From the NCBI GenBank assembly GCA_951406725.2, contig OX597818.1:72850001-72914000 (forward strand): a stretch of 64,000 nucleotides of DNA, in the 5' to 3' direction. The translations under genes and the position numbers were made by a program. This document shows, in pieces, positions 12,254 through 23,142 of the stretch. This DNA is from Octopus vulgaris. Its lineage: Eukaryota. Every line of letters starts with the position of its first letter. The first letter of the stretch is position 1. The notes below the pieces were generated by a model, which saw only the letters and a list, made by a program, of their open reading frames with translations, was not told where the DNA came from and searched no databases.

Positions 12254-14589
12254 GGCCACAGAAAAAAAAAAACAAAGAGAGAAAAAATGTGTGTGTACAA
12301 AATGAATTAAATACATATATAGGACACAACACTATGTTACTGATGGCGACAGAAGGCAGCAATTTACTACCGACTTTCGGCGACCGAATTTAAATAGGAT
12401 TCAAACATTCCTCTAATCACATCATACCTTTCATGTCTTGAAAACGAGGAGACATAATGCTCAAGATATTATTACTGGAGCGAATTATGCAATCCTTCGT
12501 GTGAAGACAGAATGGAAAGAATTCTCTGGAGTAACCTATAAAGCAGCTGACAATAAGATATATTTTATGTGGTTTGATTTCCTATCAGTTATCTTGTTTA
12601 ATTTCTCTTTCAGATTGCCACTCATAATGTCTGACAGGGGCCATTAGAGTAGTTGGTCCCACCGCTTTCCATAGGAAAATTAGATTACACAGCTAGAAAT
12701 TATATCCCGGGTCTTCTCTTGACTTTCCTCTGGACTGTGACATTATAGGCATAAATTAGTGTCGAGTTCTAATGACTAAATACTGAATATTAGAAGTTAC
12801 TCGCAAGCAGTTACCATGCTTACACTAAATTTCTTTAGGTGACTGGGCAGTCACTAGGAGAAACAGAATTCATCTAGAACCTCACAAACAATTTCTGCGG
12901 AAATTTGAGCTTATGATAGCTGCAGGTATATGTTGTTGGGGCAGTACTCACCTAGTAATAATTTTCATCACATTGGACTGGAGCTAAGTGAAATTAAGTG
13001 GGTTTTTTAAGGATACGACGTACTACCTGGCCAAAGAATCGAAAGCACGGCGATATAATCGTGAATCTCATATTTTAAACACTAGTCCAATCGTCTTCAG
13101 TGAGTATATGCAAGCCAATGGTACTTATTACCCTCTACATTTCTTGGCGATTCTCCGTATCTTTATAAGACACAAAGAAGACATTCTCTTAGAATTATTT
13201 TTGTAGAAATAATTCTACTTAAACAATGGAATTTTATATCGTTCCACGAGAGCTAGTTAGACACATGACTAACACAGTAGCTAGAGTAAACGAATTAGAA
13301 CTTCATTTAAATTTCAATTCTTATGTCCCAAGGCACAAATTCGGCCATTCGTTGCCACGTCGATTAAATAAATACAGGAAATGAAATTCTTTTAGCTCTT
13401 ATCAACTGAACTTCTGTTGTAAAACTGTGGAGGTTTCATCTAGGTATGAGATCAATATTAATCTCAAAAGTTGTCTAGACAACAACGATTGCGACCAAAT
13501 GTTTTACAGAATTTCCTTTCTTTTATCAGAACTCCAACATACAGTTATAACAACCAGTAATTTACTTGTGTCGATTCACTCAACTATAAAATAATACTTA
13601 CCAACTTTGACCAGACAATTTTGACAAAAGTCCAATACATGTACTTCCTACTAAGTCCATTAAAAACAGCGGTGTGAAAACACAATGTAATGACTTTTAT
13701 ACAGCAACTTCATTGTTGGAGAAGAATTGGTAATATTCCCATGAGATAGGAGATAAAAAAAGCCGTTAATTAAAAGTTTAAATAAGATTAGATTATTGGA
13801 TAGTAAACAGTGTGAGCCAATTTGACGGTTTTAAATAAAATATTCTTCGCCGAGTAGATAGAATTTATTAAATAACTTTTCATTAAAAGGAACAATGATT
13901 CAATTCCAAATGTTCAATCACAAATTGCAACGTCTGGACAAGAACACACGCCAATACACATATACATATATGCACCCTAACAAGCACAAGCAAACAAAAC
14001 GTTCATTAACGAAGATAATCACACACGCATATACACATATATAAAATGCCACTTCTTTCCTTTGTACACTCTTGGATATTTCATATATCCAGCATCCGAT
14101 ATTTTAGCTGCTTCATCATATTCTGTAGGTCAAAGAATGACTATCATTGGTTCAACAGCCGCTCAAGGGGTGAATAATCTTCGAAGCAGAGGCATGCCCC
14201 ACGCAGAATATTGTGCAACTATATTTTCTTCCTGTGATGCAATTTCAGAGCATGGTTCTCGATTGTGAAAAATTATAAACGTATAGCTATAGGATCGACT
14301 ACCTCTAATGTTGTAAACTGTCCCTGCACACCGATTTGACAAGTATACATACAGACACACACACACAAGTACACAACAGCATATGTATGTATATTTACAT
14401 ACATATTTCACTTAGGTATAACGATTCTAATACCCTGGTTATTTGAACACACACACATACACACACACACACAAACACATACTTATGGGAAAAGTGTTAC
14501 TCTACTACTGAGCTCAATAAGAGAATACACTGTGTCCCACATTATCAAGCAAATCAACCTTCTTTCAATAAATATGTGTATATTCGTTA

Positions 14590-16045
14590 AAAACCAGTTG
14601 CTTCTCCACTGACAGTTGCCAACACCTATTTGCGCATATTCTCTTAAAATTTGTATCTGCGCAGACGAAAACAAACGGTGTCCATTATCGTTTAGCAGCA
14701 ACATTTCTGCTGTCCAAAATTATGAGGCAGATGCCCAATTTAAGTGTCAATATAGGTGAGAAATGTGATCGTAACTCGAATGAGAAGTCTACCATCGTGT
14801 TAGAGCTTGGAAAAGGAAAAACTACCATGGAAATATGAAAAATACAGGGAAGAGATCACTGAACAGTGAAGGAATTCGTGCAGTCTCCTATTTCTGTCCA
14901 ATCGAGGGTTGTTTCGAATCATACTTTGTTACGTATGAAAAGCGAAGTTGCGCGGAACCCATGTCTGACAAATAGAGAAGTCTTCACATGTGTCGCCTCT
15001 TGAAGCAGGTAGCCTGGAATGTTAAACCTGTCACAAGGCTCCCTCTGAAAGCTGTTCATAAGCAGAAAAGACTGAAATCGTCGGAAAAAAATTAGGATAG
15101 ATTTTTCAACAGTTCTGTTCACTGACGAATGCCGTGCTACACTTGACGGATGACTGGAGTAAAGGCTGGAAATCATTCGGCGGGAACCGTCCTCATCGTT
15201 CAAGTCGCCAACAGTGGGGAAGTGGAGTCATATTTTCGGCTACCAGCATTGGTGGTATGAATGTCGGGCCATGGGACGTTCCAAATGGCATTAAGATGAC
15301 ATTAAAAACATATGTTATCTTCTTAAAGGACAATTTCCAACCGTGGATCAAAAGGCAAAAACTTTCATTCAAGAGAAAACTGGTCTTCATGCAAAATAAT
15401 GCTCCGTTTCATGCAGCGAAGAATTCTAAGGAATACTTGCAGAGAATAGGCTTCTCGGGAGGTCGTTTGATGGAGTGGCCATCTTGTTCTCTTGACTTAA
15501 ATCCGATCGAGAACCTGTGAAGTGTCCTGAAGATATAGGTTTACCAAGATGGAAGGCAGTTTTCAAGTAAAGTTGCTCACTGGGATGCTATGTAGATGCT
15601 GTTCAAAGCATGACACAAGAAGATATTAACATCTTGACAAATCCATTGGATCAGCGAGTAAGGAAGGTTATTGTATGTGGAACATCACACATCAAACATT
15701 AGGAGTTGTATGATATCATAGTACCATGATTATTTTCATTCGAAAGCATTATTATGGTTACCATTAAATCCTTTATGAATAATTGTTTTGTTAGACCTTT
15801 ACTGTTGAACTAAATAAATGTCCTGACATAATAATCAGTTTCATTATACTTGCCTAATAATTTGTGACGGTTAAAATGTTGCCCAATCACAAAAATGGGA
15901 GCAATTTGTTGGCGATTTATTTTAACGGAATGCGCGCAGATAGGTGCTACCAACAGTCAGTGGGAAAACAACTGGTTTTCACAGACAAACAAATAAACAT
16001 GACTGAAAAAACAATACCTCAGTCTTCGCTAAAGCAGAGATAATA
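14590..16045. mobile_element. Helentron/HINE-like non-autonomous element interrupted by a Tc1
   Basis: Degenerate inverted repeats 14590-14650 (aaaaccagttgcttctccactgacag...) and 15920-15980 (...cagtcagtgggaaaacaactggtttt), followed by acagacaaac and a terminal hairpin-like stretch ending in taataa. Confidence 0.4.
14709..15870 (+). mobile_element. Decayed Tc1-family (DD34E) transposon
   Basis: Degenerate TIRs (caaaattatgaggcag / cttgcctaataatttgtg). Transposase motifs VLFTDECRATLDG, FMQNNAPFHAAK, WPSCSLDLNPIENL, with many stops and frameshifts. Confidence 0.85.
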
Positions 16046-16069
16046 ATAATAATGATAATAATAATAATG

Positions 16070-16590
16070 ATTTCTTTATCAACCACAAATATTATCAAAT
16101 ATTATGGACAGTACAGGACAAAACAAAGAATGTACGTGTATATGTGTGTGAGTACGTGTTGTGAGTATTTTGCGTGTAAAGAAGACAAACGTAATTTTTT
16201 AAAAATCAACGTGTGATCCTCAATAGAGAGGAGACGTTCGAGGGCTGTTCATAGAAACCCTGATTTGGGGATAGTTGCCTTTTGGGGTAGTATGCTCAGG
16301 GCATGCCCCTTCACTCACACCATTCTCGCCACTTTTACCCACCTTTCAGCGAACTGGCTAAAAGACAACACTTCCTTCTCTACTCTTATTTTTCCTTTTT
16401 CCAGTGAAACTTAAAGAAACTGATCAGAGTTAGGGTTAGGGTTAAAAAACAAAAGTGCTTGTCATCAGCCCCTTCAATCTCGTCCTCTATGCAACCTCCT
16501 TCGCCGAGGTCACAAGGCATATAAACGCAACCTTTCCTTCTACGTTATAGGAAGGCAGCGGAGCGATCCTCACAATGAATTCATTCATAA
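16070..16590 (-). mobile_element. 5'-truncated Tx1/L1-clade LINE 3' end
   Basis: Minus translation FIVRIAPLP...AFICLVTSAKEVA*RTRLKGL...LISFFKFH...KIRVEKEVLS...FAERWVKVARM resembles a Tx1 ORF2 C-terminus; flanked by (AAT)n. Confidence 0.65.
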
Positions 16591-16595
16591 TATTA

Positions 16596-16652
<57 letters not shown>

Positions 16653-16664
16653 TAAATAATAATA

Positions 16665-16860
16665 CTTTCTACTATAGGCACACGACCTGAAATTATATCG
16701 GCCCTAGTGTTTCACTGGTAAATTATTTATCTACTCAGAAAAGATGAAAGGCAAAGTCAACATCGGCGGAATTTGAACTCAGAACGTAGCGACAAGCGAA
16801 ATATAGCTAAGCAAGATGTGATGTGAGCACAAACCGCAGAGAGTAGTGGAACCGGCGAAG
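16665..16860 (-). mobile_element. tRNA-derived SINE family C (conserved gactttgcctttcatc central domain), degenerate
   Basis: gatgaaaggcaaagtcaacatcggcggaatttgaactcagaacgt; related copies at 28010-28272 and 59930-60305. Confidence 0.6.
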
Positions 16861-16890
16861 TTATAAAGTAAACTACAAAAGAAAAGAAAA

Positions 16891-16926
<36 letters not shown>

Positions 16927-16936
16927 GCACACACAT

Positions 16937-17003
<67 letters not shown>

Positions 17004-17004
17004 G

Positions 17005-17170
17005 TTGAAATTCACAGAAGAACAACAGACGATGTCAGGCGTATGTACAACAAACAAGTGTATTAGTTTGACGCTCGGGAAAGTGAAAAAGTCTTTTACA
17101 TTTCGAGCCTACGTTCTTTAACACAAAGGAATAAAAGACAGAATAATGGAATAAAACATGTGGATATAGA
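17005..17170 (-). mobile_element. Second copy of the 12130-12300 hammerhead-bearing repeat
   Basis: gtattagtttgacgctcggga...gaaaaagtcttttacatttcgagcctacgttctt aligns with 12187-12245. Confidence 0.6.
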
Positions 17171-17525
17171 ACAAATTTAATTAAAGATTCATATTGAATA
17201 TAGTTAATTGAACATTTCGGCATGGTCAGAACTTGATAGAAAAAGGAAAAAGTAACTACATCCCTATTTGTTGATATATCAGTGGTAATCTCAGTATTAT
17301 ATTCAGAGATGTTTTTTATGCATTTTAATGTATTTAAAAAAAATATCTGTGTATATACAAATTTGTATTTGCATGTGTTAATGTGTTGAAAAACAAAGGA
17401 GCCGTTAAGTTGCCTAAAGTATATATCCGATACAATTAATTGTAATTAAAACATATACATATAGATATATGTTTTCAACCCATTAATACATGCAAATTTG
17501 TATTTGCATATACACAGATATTTTC

Positions 17526-17613
<88 letters not shown>

Positions 17614-17830
17614 GTATATACACACTTATATACACTTATGTATCTATAGTTTCTATATATCCATCTTAATATATATCTGTAGCTATAAAAAAATATATAT
17701 ACATACACACACACAAACACACACATATATATAAGTGCATAAAAGTTTATACATTCATGTATATCTTAAATAAAATGAGACAAAAAAGCCAAGATTGTGT
17801 GGAATTTATAGGGTATTTCTAAAGATAAAG

Positions 17831-17886
17831 ATAGACTTACAGCTGTTTCTGGGATCTTAGAGATAGCCCTTCATTAGAGAGGCTAT
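17831..17886 (-). ncRNA. Hammerhead relic (G5A core change)
   Basis: Minus strand: AUAGCCUCU CUAAUGA A GGG...CCC A GAAA CAGCUG UA AGUCUAU. Palindromic stem III ACAGCUGU. Confidence 0.55.
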
Positions 17887-18008
17887 AGGAGTGTTAACTA
17901 GATGGAAATAGTAGAGTTCAATATAAGCAGTTATTCTAGAAAAGATGGATACAGGAAGTATAAAGGGAAATAAAAGAATAAAAATAACAATAAAAATATA
18001 AGAGTACA

Positions 18009-18042
<34 letters not shown>

Positions 18043-18189
18043 GTGAAATAGAAAGATGAATAATCTTGTAGTAGATTAATCAAAAGTTTAACCGATACCT
18101 TAGTAGCAAAAATCACAGCAGTAAACAGCACGGTTGGAGGTACAACCATATGGTGTTGCAACCGTGCGTTGGTGCGGATAATTGAAATT

Positions 18190-18427
18190 AAAATATTATT
18201 GGTGAATTGAAGAAATGGAGCTGAACGCAGATTGTTTTTGCTCCGCCTCTGTTCTGTTTTTGTTTTTTCCAACGGATTTCCTATTTTCTTCCTGAAGAGA
18301 AAGACACAATATGGTCCCATTATTCAATCGGATTTTGGTAAATTGTGCCTTTCGAAACACGTGGAGAATGAAATAAAACGATTTCTGTTCAATCTGCGTT
18401 CAGCTCCATTTCTTCAATTCACCAATA

Positions 18428-18433
<6 letters not shown>
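18190..18433. repeat. ~45-bp inverted repeats bracketing the 18282 hammerhead
   Basis: aaatattattggtgaattgaagaaatggagctgaacgcagattg (18190-18234) versus caatctgcgttcagctccatttcttcaattcaccaataatattt (18390-18433). Confidence 0.9.
18282..18375 (+). ncRNA. Type I hammerhead with long stems; cleavage-site U replaced by G
   Basis: Stem I UAUUUUCUUC/GAAUGAAAUA; CUGAAGA at 18292-98; stem II GAAAG-ACACAAU/AUUGUGC-CUUUC; GAAA at 18354-57; palindrome CACGUG; then GA in place of UA. Confidence 0.65.
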
Positions 18434-18478
<45 letters not shown>

Positions 18479-18686
18479 TAGCACACGCATACACATGTGC
18501 TTTTGCACCCACAACACACACACGCGAGCAGAAACACACACTGAGACAAGCTTGTATGTACATATATATATATGCGCCCTAACACATAAACTCATACATG
18601 TTACGCCAAATTTATATTACAAAAATAGTTCTAAACTATGTTTTCTCTTTCTGACATCATTCTATCTCTCTCTAGATCTCTTACCA

Positions 18687-18786
18687 NNNNNNNNNNNNNN
18701 NNNNNNNNNNNNNNNNNNNNNNNNNNNNNNNNNNNNNNNNNNNNNNNNNNNNNNNNNNNNNNNNNNNNNNNNNNNNNNNNNNNNNN
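18687..18786. other. Assembly gap (100 N)
   Basis: Run of n characters; the round length suggests a placeholder of unknown true size. Confidence 0.99.
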
Positions 18787-19074
18787 GCGTATGAATAAAA
18801 TTTGACCTTAAAAATAACTTTGAAGGACTGGGTGAGTTGGTATTTTACAAAAAGTAAAAGAAATCTTGTACTCAGAATAGCAATGAAAACAACATAAAAG
18901 ATCGGATAAGTACCTGTAGAAAATGTGAAAAGCAGTTCTACCTAGCCAGAGAATATCAAGCACCAGTTAAATGCTCAGTACCAGTAAACTAAGCGACCCA
19001 TAACGTCAGTTACTGTTTTTTATGACTCTAAATATCTTAACATGAGAAAACATACTTTGATTTGTTAAAATGAC

Positions 19075-19330
19075 CATTTTTTCATCACTTAAAGCCACAC
19101 AACTCTTTTGGAGCTAATACTTTTTGAATAGGCTTTCACCATAAGAATCATATCATAGGGTTTTTCCTTTGAAGCAACTGTTATATAGTGTTCTTTTACA
19201 ATAGCTGTGATAGTTTGGTTCAAAGTTCATTTGGTGGGGCTACTTACTATTTTTTCATTACTTAAAGCCGCACTACTTTTTTCGTAGCTACTACTTGTTA
19301 ACGAGGTTTACACCAAAAGATTCGTCTCAA
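19075..19330. repeat. Degenerate tandem duplication, period ~175 bp
   Basis: ttttttcatcacttaaagccacac...cacca recurs as ttttttcattacttaaagccgcac...cacca. Confidence 0.6.
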
Positions 19331-20039
19331 TGAGCACAATTCTTTGAAACTCAATTAACACAATTTTATTGTAAAATAATTTGAATATTTTGATTCAGAT
19401 TAAATTTTTCGTCTTACTCATTTTTGACCCCATACATTTTGACTTAACTTTTTAATGAATCTACTTTCAATTATTTTACCTCAAACTGGACCATCATTTC
19501 TAAATCAGATAGCCTATGAGAAAGTGCATCCGGGAGGCTTTCAGCTTATTGAATTATTGGGAGACCGTTTTGGCAATTATTAGTTTGACCTCTCTTCATG
19601 TTGTCAAGCTAATGTGTCGATGAGTGTTCTCCTTTCCGATGCCATGCAAATACCGACGGAGGATTATCGCGACATTTTATGGCATCCGGCGAATTATACT
19701 ACTTAGGTAAATCTAAAAAGCGTCTATATTTATGATTGACACAGAGGTACCTTATGGTAGTGGTATCCCCATTACTTGCTAATTCTAAGTGTAACGTTCA
19801 TTGAGATATATATATATATATATATACAGTACATACACACGTATACATGCATACACACACAGATATACACACACACACTCTCTCTCTCTTACACACACAC
19901 ACCTATTTATATTGCCGTTGGTGAATATATTCTTAAGGTCAACTTTTAGTTACTCGTGAGCACTTCCAGGTTTCATCACAAATTCAGTTCTCGTAGATCT
20001 TTTACAAGTTATCTGGTAATACAAACATTTCTTGTTCTT

Positions 20040-21310
20040 TCTGCTGTTTGTACAGCAGAAAAAAATGTTTATATTACTAGATAACTAAGAAGTGTAGCTT
20101 GCTGGTGTGACCACAGGTTGATCAGGAGCACTATGACGACAAAAACTTACACTCAAACAACATAGACCCAGAAAAATCCTGTAAAGAAGCTTAATGTATC
20201 TGCAGTCATGATAACACAGACTCTGGACAAAGCTCTTGACATTATGTCAGACGACGCATTGCGTATTGAACATTACTGGGCGACCTTAAACCATCTTACC
20301 AACAGCTTTGTTAAGCATAAATATCAAAGCCGGCTGGATTACTCTGCTCATATAGAGTATATCTAAGCCAAGTCATCAACAGGAACTAAGACCACGTACC
20401 CTCAGGCAAAACATTCCCTATAAATCAGACTGAGAGCCCCGAAGAAAATGTAAAAGAGAGCGTCTGAACAAGTAGTTGCTAACAAATGTGACGTAAAAAC
20501 CTACTAAGTTCTCAAATCCATTACTACAGCGGTAGGTTTCATAACATATGTCATTAGGCTTCTTACAGAGAAGAATGATATTTTTTCTTCAGAAGAGCAC
20601 TGCAACACAATCCTATTAAATTTCAACAGTAAAAAATGAGAGAGCTGATTTCGTCCTACGCTGTTTTGGATCAGCTTGACGTGGAACCATCCCTGTCAAA
20701 ACTAAGGAAAGTCATGAGGTAACTGTTCTTGAAAAAGTCAAGAAGGTCAGGCGGCATACCAGACATGTCTAAAAGTATGGCGGATCTCACCAGGTTAAAA
20801 AAAATCACCCGGTTATAAAAACTTGCTGAGCTTTTGCAGAACATATCAAAGCAAAATATCTCGCAAGGCCACAAAGATACCTCCATAAATTTCATAATAG
20901 ATCTTTAGAAATGAAAAGTCAATAAATGCTGTTACGTACACCCATTGTAGAATACCACTCCTCTCCACGGCCAGTGTCATGCTCAAAAGTCATTATTTAC
21001 AAAGTAGATGTAGTATACCTTGAATCACATTGCTGTTTTTGTGGTTATCGAGAAGCAATTGATATGATATTCGCTGCAAGCTAGGATCAGAATTCCAAGT
21101 AACAGAACCAGGACCTTTATATGATATTTGATGATTTAACAAATGTCTTAGACACGGTAAAGCGTGATTTTCTCTGAAAAGTTATGTTCATGTTTGGCTG
21201 CTCAACTAAAATATGATCAAAGTAATGAACTTCTTCTACAATAGAATGATGGCCACTTTTGATACTTTACGTTTAAAAGAGGACCCAAGCAGGGCTGTAT
21301 AATGGCTCTG
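20040..21310 (+). mobile_element. Old RTE-clade LINE fragment (reverse transcriptase region)
   Basis: Broken translation includes HRLIRS, DMIFAA, NQDLYMIFDDLTNVLDTVKR and FKRGPKQGCIMA. Confidence 0.6.
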
Positions 21311-21603
21311 TACAAGCATTGTATATTCTCTCACACACCATATATTAAATAACGTGTTTCAATCATTGTTACTTACTCTATCACATAAATAGTATTTTAT
21401 CTGGTTATAGCTGAAAATTGAAACCACTTCACAAACATTAATTTTAATAACCCTAACCATGGCAATGATAGACACACATTATCAAAATAAATAAAAGGTT
21501 GAAACCTTGAATTACTGGTTAAAACTATGGGATTTCTTCTTCTGGATATAAAATGGAACATTCATAATCGTGTGGAAATAACGTGTATTTTACCTATAAT
21601 ATA

Positions 21604-22095
21604 CGAGGCGCGTTCAAAGAGTATCCGTTTATATTTTCTGACCAAAACTAATTCTGTGTGTGCAAACTTTTTGCATGAGAAATGACTCACCTTGCTGTGC
21701 ATGCATGAAGATTTTTTCGCCTGTACGCAGCGTCAGATCCCAGCTCTTGCGCCTTGTGTACAAGCGTGTAATGCAGGTTCGTCGTCACCGAACACATCGA
21801 GTAATGATATTGCGTTAAGTTTTGTCAAAAACTTGATGATACTGTAACATCCAGGATATTCAGCAAGCTATGTGTGATGATACCATAGGCAAAACACAGA
21901 GCAAGAAGTAGAACAACCGCTTCAAACATAACCGCACCTCAGCAATGAGCGAGACACGCTCAGGCCAACCAACCACAAGTCGAAACGAGGAGCCGATTGA
22001 GAAGGTACAGTGAATAGTCATGGGCGACCATCATGTAACAATTCACAAAATTGCTCATGAAGTGGAAATAAGCACAGGATCAGTGCATTCAATTT
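21604..22095 (+). mobile_element. 5' part of a decayed mariner
   Basis: TA + cgaggcgcgttcaaa TIR-like start; translation RSGQPTTSRNEEPIEKV...TIHKIAHEVEISTGSVHSI parallels the HTH region of the 7419 transposase. Confidence 0.75.
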
Positions 22096-22530
22096 GTGGA
22101 TTTGTGCATACAGATAGTATCGTCGAAATTCTCGTGAAGAAAATAAAGTCGGATATATTCTGAATGCACTGACACACACAGACACACACACATACATACA
22201 TGTGTGTACATATATGTAAGTTTGTATGCATGTATATATATATATATATATTCATATATGTATGTAAGTTAGTATGTATGCATATATATATGCACTATAT
22301 GACACACTGATAAATAAATTATTACAAGAGAGTGAATATGAGATGCTATTATATAAGTACAAAAGTAAGCACCTATGTACATGTAATAAAGCATTTGAGA
22401 ACGATGAATCTTTACTTTTCAATACACAAGTAATGTAAATAAAATATAAGTAAACAATAAAATTAATATTCAAAACTTACGTGCGGTTATAAGCTTAACA
22501 TCGATAAGTTAAAATGGATAGAAAATGTTT

Positions 22531-22536
22531 ACTTAC
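22531..22536 (-). other. 5' splice donor GTAAGT after codon E202 of the receptor
   Basis: Plus strand acttac|ctc gives minus GAG|GTAAGT, a perfect consensus at the point where GPCR similarity stops. Confidence 0.9.
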
Positions 22537-23142
22537 CTCATAATAGACGGCACCTGGCATTACCGTGACAGCCACTAATAGATCAGCTAAAGCCAGTGAA
22601 CATATAAAGTAGTTTGTCGCACACTTTAAACTACGTTCTCGGTACACACTCATTACGACTAGAACATTCCCAAAAACAGTTAAAAGGGGAAACACAGCGA
22701 GTATGAGTTTCCAGTATTTTAAAGCTGCTTCCTCCGAGGATGCGAACTCGTTGTATGTAGAATTCCAGCAGATACTGTCATTCCAGTCACAAAACCATAT
22801 ACTATCGTTGTATATCACCAGGGAATCGGTTGTCATTGATGAAGCATTGCTAACGGCAGAAGAGTTATGTAAAGTGGAAAGATTTGTAGTGGAAACATGG
22901 TTTCCGGGTATGCCGTTTGCATCGTGCACATGCCTTCGTGGTGACTCTCCTACACCTGATAAAATATCAACAGGATCTGTACCAAGAAGTCCTTCAAAAA
23001 AGTCAGGGGATGGCGGGGTTTCTGGTTCTTTATTATCGGACGGTGCAAATAGTTTTTCAAGAAGTTTACTTCCTCCATTATATGTCACCGTGGCCATTTT
23101 GGTGGTTAAAGTTTGAACGGAGGAAGTTTTGTAAAAATCCAT
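22537..23142 (-). CDS. DRD2: D2-like dopamine receptor (class A aminergic GPCR), first coding exon: N-terminus, TM1, ICL1, TM2; partial gene
   Basis: The ORF translates to ...[60 protein letters not shown], with the TM1 GN and TM2 SLAxAD motifs. This closely parallels D2-type [35 protein letters not shown]. ATG context is ACAAAATGG. The exon ends GAG|GTAAGT (phase 0; donor 22536-22531); the ORF-track tail [13 protein letters not shown] is intron read-through. Subtype is assigned from TM1-TM2 only. Confidence 0.85.

Noticed and set aside
22495-22536. C-terminal extension of the 215-aa ORF
   Set aside because: Read-through past a perfect splice donor into the intron.
22703-23116. 137-aa plus-strand ORF overlapping the receptor exon
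   Set aside because: Antisense shadow of the real CDS; no motif of its own.
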